From NCBI GenBank assembly GCA_965237675.1, contig OZ250150.1, positions 2,048,001 to 2,112,000 of the forward strand: DNA of 64,000 nt, in the 5' to 3' direction. Below are positions 59,202 through 64,000 of this stretch, piece after piece. The position numbers and the translations under genes are program-made. A model generated the notes under the pieces. It saw nothing but the letters and a program-made list of their open reading frames with translations. It had not been told where the DNA came from and ran no database searches. Position 1 is the stretch's first letter, and every line of letters starts with the position of its first letter. Source of the DNA: Candidatus Latescibacterota bacterium. Lineage in GTDB: Bacteria > Latescibacterota > UBA2968 > GCA-2709665.

Positions 59202-60267
59202 CCTTCAGTATGGAAATCGCGTCCTGAGCGAACCGAATGCACACCGGATCGCCAGGGAATGCTTTCTGAATCACGGGATGCCCCTCCACGAGCTTCACCC
59301 GCACCCCATCGACAAGGTCGACAACATACTGTTCCATTTCGCCCAGATAGATTGCGTTCCGTACCGTTCCCGACAGGACCTGATCCGACTCGTCCGGCTG
59401 TCCGTCGAGAAACTCCATCGCTTCGGGCCGAATGGCGCACAACACGCGGTCGCCGTTCCGAATGCCCTCGTAGCCCGGCCGGCCACACAGAACCCCCACC
59501 GCGGTCTTTACCTCGATTTTATCGCCCAGACCGACGACCGTTCCCGAAAGCAAGTTGATTTCACCGATGAAATCAGCGACAAATCGGTTGGAAGGCCTGG
59601 AATATAACGTCCGTGGAGCGCCCAACTGTACCACTTTCCCCTCCTGCATCACGGCGACACGGTTGGCCATCGCAAGCGCCTCTTTCTGGTCGTGCGTGAC
59701 GTAGATCATGGTGATGCCGAGGTCTTGGTGGAGCGCCTGAATCTGTTCGCGCATCTCCAGGCGCAGACGGGCGTCAAGATTGGAAAGCGGTTCGTCCAGC
59801 AGCACCACGTCGGGCTCGATCACCAGGGCCCGCGCCAGCGCGATCCGCTGCTGCTGCCCACCCGACAACTGGTTGGGCGACCGATCCCTGTAATCCTCCA
59901 TTCGCACCATTTGCAACGCCCGCCGGATCCGTTCCTCGCGCATTCGGGGCGCGACGTTCCGCACGGAAAGGCCATATTCCACGTTCTGCCAGACCGTCAT
60001 GTGCGGCCATAGGGCGTAATTCTGGAAGACCATTCCGGTGTTCCGCTTTTCGGGCGGCACGTCGGTAACCTCCCGATCGTCGAAAAACACACGGCCACTA
60101 TCCGGTCTGTAGAATCCGGCGATCACTCTCAACAACGTGGTCTTTCCGCATCCGGAAGGTCCCAACAGAAAGAAAAACTCACCCCTTTCGATTTCCAGAT
60201 TGACGTTTTCCACGGCGACTACACCGCCAAACCGCTTTGAAACATCCCGCAGTCGAACACGCACCAT
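59176..60267 (-). CDS. ABC transporter ATPase (FbpC/PotA-like)
   Basis: [32 protein letters not shown]. Confidence 0.96.
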   Translation of the reverse strand: MVRVRLRDVSKRFGGVVAVENVNLEIERGEFFFLLGPSGCGKTTLLRVIAGFYRPDSGRVFFDDREVTDVPPEKRNTGMVFQNYALWPHMTVWQNVEYGLSVRNVAPRMREERIRRALQMVRMEDYRDRSPNQLSGGQQQRIALARALVIEPDVVLLDEPLSNLDARLRLEMREQIQALHQDLGITMIYVTHDQKEALAMANRVAVMQEGKVVQLGAPRTLYSRPSNRFVADFIGEINLLSGTVVGLGDKIEVKTAVGVLCGRPGYEGIRNGDRVLCAIRPEAMEFLDGQPDESDQVLSGTVRNAIYLGEMEQYVVDLVDGVRVKLVEGHPVIQKAFPGDPVCIRFAQDAISILKDEGENTAA

Positions 60268-60344
60268 AAATTTCCCTCGAATCCAGGTATACCGGAGTCC
60301 CTCCATTAAAGGACGGTCACCACCTGGTCCGTAACGCGTCCTTT

Positions 60345-61910
60345 TCAGGAACCGGAGGATCGGCGACGGAACCCGAACCAATACATGACAGATGCGCCGG
60401 AAATGATCAGCAAAACAAGAATCCGCGGTGAAATACTAATGAGGTCGAGGGCTGCCAGAAGTACGACGACCCCCAATACCGAGGGTATGAGATACCGGCG
60501 AACCGTTCGAGGCGAGGGCCTTCCCAGGTAGAGTACCACGGCGCCCGCCAGACCCAATGGAAAAAACAAGGTCAGCCAGTCCATTAGCCGCGTCTGAGAC
60601 GCCGGTTCGCCGTCGCCGTATTTGGCGCGCGCGAATTGCGTCCAGGACGCCAGGGTCTTGTTGCGCAACTCCGAATCCCGCCACCGGGCACCCAGTTGGC
60701 CACACGCTTCCTCAGTGACGGGCACAGCCGAAAGCCGGCGGACATTCTCGGGCGTAATCCCGTTCCCGATTGCCTGTTTCCAGGCGTCTTGAAGTTGCTG
60801 GTGAGAATCGATCACCATCACGCCGATCAGGTCGTTCAACACGCGCCACCGGGCAGAAGCCTTTTCCGAGTCATAGACGAGATCCGAGGTCCACTCAAAC
60901 GGGTTCAGGGTCACGGCAGCTTCTTCCCTATACCGCCGATACAGGTCGGGCAATACCGTAAAACGATTCAACGCAGTTTCCACGGGACCGCCCGAAACGC
61001 CTCTTTTCAGAAACCAGAGTTTTTGGCCCGCATCCGACATGACGAATTCCACGAATCTCCGCGCCGCGTGCATGTTGGGTGCGCCTTTAAGGATGGCTAC
61101 CCCGTCCGGATTGACGATGGTCAGATTGTCGGGCATCGTGAATCCGATGTATTCTTCTCCTACCCGGCTGACCTGGGCCCAGGCATAAAAGTCGATGGAC
61201 AGACCGTAGGCTACGTCACCCGCGGCAACATCCTTGGGCGCCTGGGAGCCCCCGGAAGCGAAGTTGCGTACATTGGCCCCCAGTGTCGTGATGACGTCCC
61301 AACCCCTATCCCAACCGTATGCCTGCAGCATCAACTCGTAGGCCATATGCACACTGCCGCTGCTTCTGGGATCCCCCGACCCCACCCAGGAAAAAAGCCT
61401 CGGATCTCCCAGGTCGGCCCAGGTTTGCGGAACCGGCAAATTCACGAGCTTCAGGACGGCCCGGTTGTACACAATACCGAAACCTGCCAGGGTGGCGCCG
61501 TACCACCGGCAATCGGGATCGTATAGTGGCACGCCGCCAATCTTCTGAGGTAGACGATCCAGCAGGTTGTCGGGCAGGCGATGAGGCGAGCAGAGGCCCA
61601 TATCGGCAATTTCCATGAATGGATCGATGCCGCCGCCAAAGAAAATGTCGATCCCGATGCCTCCGGGCGCACGACTGAACTCCGATTTGATATACCTCAG
61701 AATCGAGCTGGTGCCGCCTCCCACGTCGAGCCATTCCAATGCGATTTCCCGGCCGGTCAGCCTGAAATAGTGGGATTTGAAGGCCGCTTCAAACTCATTT
61801 TGTACCCCGTCGGGATGCGGCGATATCAACACCAGTCGATCCATCGCGGCCGGAGTCGAGACCGACATGTGGGTACAAAAGCAAACAAAGAGTAGAATTC
61901 GGGTCTTCAC
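60345..61910 (-). CDS. ABC substrate-binding protein with C-terminal TM extension
   Basis: LISPH, DIFFGGG, GDPRSSGS, ILKGAPN, 2-3 hydrophobic C-terminal segments. GTG 61910 start is inferred. Confidence 0.88.
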   Translation of the reverse strand: MKTRILLFVCFCTHMSVSTPAAMDRLVLISPHPDGVQNEFEAAFKSHYFRLTGREIALEWLDVGGGTSSILRYIKSEFSRAPGGIGIDIFFGGGIDPFMEIADMGLCSPHRLPDNLLDRLPQKIGGVPLYDPDCRWYGATLAGFGIVYNRAVLKLVNLPVPQTWADLGDPRLFSWVGSGDPRSSGSVHMAYELMLQAYGWDRGWDVITTLGANVRNFASGGSQAPKDVAAGDVAYGLSIDFYAWAQVSRVGEEYIGFTMPDNLTIVNPDGVAILKGAPNMHAARRFVEFVMSDAGQKLWFLKRGVSGGPVETALNRFTVLPDLYRRYREEAAVTLNPFEWTSDLVYDSEKASARWRVLNDLIGVMVIDSHQQLQDAWKQAIGNGITPENVRRLSAVPVTEEACGQLGARWRDSELRNKTLASWTQFARAKYGDGEPASQTRLMDWLTLFFPLGLAGAVVLYLGRPSPRTVRRYLIPSVLGVVVLLAALDLISISPRILVLLIISGASVMYWFGFRRRSSGS

Positions 61911-61967
61911 GGGCGGTCCACTCGTCTCGATGCAGGTGATTCTCTCGTCCCTCCAACTCCGGGCGGA

Positions 61968-61996
61968 ATGGTACCGAAGCCCCCCATCCATGTCAA
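61968..61996 (-). promoter_or_regulatory. sigma-70 promoter for the ABC operon
   Basis: TTGACA-17 nt-TACCAT. Confidence 0.65.
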
Positions 61997-62089
61997 TTTC
62001 TTTTTCGGGCCTCCCGCCTTTACGCCGGGCAAAAAAAAATCTCAATCCCCAGGACTGAGACGCGTGCAAACGGCAGTGAGACAAGCGAT

Positions 62090-63280
62090 TCAGGGGCCGA
62101 TATCCTCCACGCTTCCGATCCTGTTCCTGGCGGGATCGGTAAACCAGATCCGGCCGCGCCGATCTACCGTCAGGCCTCCGACGCCTGAAATCGAAAACGG
62201 CAGTTCGAGAATCCGAATGTTGCCAGACTCAGGATCGAATCGCGCGACAAATCTGGACTGATCACTCGCATACCAGATGCGTCCGTTCAGATCCACAGAC
62301 AGCGAAGATGGATCGGGCCCATCTTCAGGCAATATATAGCTCACGAAATTCCCGGTCGCCTGGAGATCCCACATATGCAGTTGATAGGAATTGGCGGAAA
62401 ACCAGATTTGTCCCGCGGCGTCTAATACGAATTGTCTTATCGTCAAGTCCTGGACGGGTAACGCAATCTCCACGATTTCGTTCGTTTCCGGATTCATCCG
62501 GCCGAATTTCCCGGCGGCTCGTTCCACAAATACCAGCACGCCGTCACTATCGACCAGAATCTCGTCCAGACCTGCCGAGGGGGTGAACAGAGGATACTCA
62601 TCGAACGTACCGCGATCGGGATCGAAACGGCCGATTTGGTTACCGGATTCCTGCGTGAACCAGAGAATCCCCTTTCGGTCGATAACCAGACCACTCGGTC
62701 GGCTTCCCGGCGTGGGCACGGAATATATCCGGATCTCTTCGGAAATCGGATCGAGGCGGCCGATGGCGTTCGCATCGATATCCGTAAACCAGACAATCCC
62801 GCGGCCGTCAACAACAAGCCTGGCTGGCCGGCCCCCTGGCGTCGGCAACGGATATTCAACAAATGTCTCGGTTGCCGGGTCAAAGCGGCCGATCTGGTTT
62901 GCGCCCACCTGTGCGAACCAGACGCGATCCAGCGGGTCCACCACGATTTCGTGAGGCTGACTCCCCAGCGTTGGCACCTCATAGACATCCACGGAACCTA
63001 CCGCGAGTTCGTCATCGACATAAGAATGCATGACTGTATGTTGGGCTCTGTCGTAAAGGCGCGCGAAGATCAGGAAATCCTGCAGATCAACGGAGCCGTC
63101 GTCGTTGAGGTCAAACCGTGCGTCTCCCGTCCCGAATGCCCGTGCCAGGACAATAAAATCCCGGATGTCGATCACGTCGTTTTCGTCGAAATCGATGTCG
63201 GAAATGGTCTGCGCCCCGGCGGTCGATACCAGCATACCGACCGAGAACATCCAGACCAGAATTTTCAGACGGATACTCAC
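62090..63280 (-). CDS. secreted EF-hand/dockerin-like + Vgb-type beta-propeller protein
   Basis: Signal peptide, DFDENDVIDIRDF and DLNDDGSVDLQDF, ~7 blades (VDxxGxxWFT...NxIGRFDP). Confidence 0.88.
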   Translation of the reverse strand: MSIRLKILVWMFSVGMLVSTAGAQTISDIDFDENDVIDIRDFIVLARAFGTGDARFDLNDDGSVDLQDFLIFARLYDRAQHTVMHSYVDDELAVGSVDVYEVPTLGSQPHEIVVDPLDRVWFAQVGANQIGRFDPATETFVEYPLPTPGGRPARLVVDGRGIVWFTDIDANAIGRLDPISEEIRIYSVPTPGSRPSGLVIDRKGILWFTQESGNQIGRFDPDRGTFDEYPLFTPSAGLDEILVDSDGVLVFVERAAGKFGRMNPETNEIVEIALPVQDLTIRQFVLDAAGQIWFSANSYQLHMWDLQATGNFVSYILPEDGPDPSSLSVDLNGRIWYASDQSRFVARFDPESGNIRILELPFSISGVGGLTVDRRGRIWFTDPARNRIGSVEDIGP

Positions 63281-63332
63281 CTGTCACTCACACTCGAAAA
63301 CCGCACGATTCGTGGAAGAAACGACTCCGGAG

Positions 63333-64000
63333 TCAATTGAGCCGGTCTTTCGTGCGCGCAATTTCAAAGATACCTCTGGCGGCTTCCAGGCACACGCCCG
63401 GGTCCGCGTTCTTAAGGTACGACCGAAGCGTCTCCAACAGTTTCGAATCGCGCGACTGTGCCAATCCTCTCAAAGCCGCTGCTTGAAGGATCGCTTCGTT
63501 GCTCTGCGCAAGGACTTCCTTCAGCGCTTTGGGCGCCTCGCTGAGCGTCATCTGTCCAAGCGCTTCAACAATGGACTCTCTCATGTCCAGTGACACGTCC
63601 TGTTGAAACGCCCACATCAGAACTTCGACCGACTCAACGTTGTTGAGATTACCCAGAGCCCGCACAACGGACCGCCGGACGGAAAATTCCTTACTTTTCG
63701 ACAACGCATTTTTCAGGGCCGGTATCCGTCTTGCATCACCGATGATTCCCAGAATCTCCGCGGAACGCCGTTGAAACGGTGGGTACACACTTTGTAAATC
63801 GACTTCCAGTTCCTCTGAAATCTCGTGCCCGTAGCCGAGCTTTGCAAGGGACCACGCCGCGCTGAGCCGGAACGGTTGATTCGCGGGGCCGTAAAAGGCG
63901 GACCGCAGGAGGTCCACCGCCGTTGAATCCTGGATCCACCCCAATCCCTCCACGGCCAGCAACCGGTCCAATGCCTCTCCCTCCTCCAATAACCGTTCCT
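63333..64000 (-). CDS. HEAT-repeat protein (5' end outside window)
   Basis: Repeated RxxAAxxLG / VRRSVVRALG / IVEALG helical pairs. Confidence 0.85.
   Translation of the reverse strand, partial: ERLLEEGEALDRLLAVEGLGWIQDSTAVDLLRSAFYGPANQPFRLSAAWSLAKLGYGHEISEELEVDLQSVYPPFQRRSAEILGIIGDARRIPALKNALSKSKEFSVRRSVVRALGNLNNVESVEVLMWAFQQDVSLDMRESIVEALGQMTLSEAPKALKEVLAQSNEAILQAAALRGLAQSRDSKLLETLRSYLKNADPGVCLEAARGIFEIARTKDRLN

Noticed and set aside
62090-63280. Antibiotic resistance calls (vgb; also aph at 5227 and the GNATs)
   Set aside because: Fold-level resemblance only, with no evidence for substrate.

Overview
GC-rich bacterial chromosomal window. EF-hand/dockerin-like tags, PorV-like barrels, an internalin-type LRR and a fused glyQS suggest an FCB-superphylum organism such as Ca. 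Latescibacterota, possibly host-associated (inference only). Positions 1-33.6 kb are accessory. They hold an intact IS1380 interrupting an AT-rich gene, a two-MITE composite, GNAT/SDR/APH/methyltransferase genes, toxin-antitoxin relics and two sigma-54 two-component modules with readable -24/-12 promoters. They also hold an LRR lipoprotein, a ~12.5 kb same-strand array of secreted paralogues built from a repeated Sm/SH3-like module with swapped membrane anchors, two PorV-like barrels, a broken group II intron and an IS630. Positions 33.7-64 kb are mostly core: lactonase, SPOR-mltD-mreD-mrdA-rodA, dnaE, aroA, M48 protease, LD-carboxypeptidase, MurC-like ligase, DUF4432, fused glyQS, rsmD, an iron-type ABC transporter, an EF-hand+Vgb propeller and a HEAT protein. 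Best leads: (1) a DUF5069-like gene at 56010-56288 with an in-frame TGA at a family Cys position followed by a SECIS-like hairpin (candidate selenoprotein that the ORF track splits); (2) the modular secreted-protein array; (3) a sigma-54-controlled lipid-modification operon. I recognised no rRNA, tRNA or CRISPR array. All family assignments come from motif reading, not database searches.
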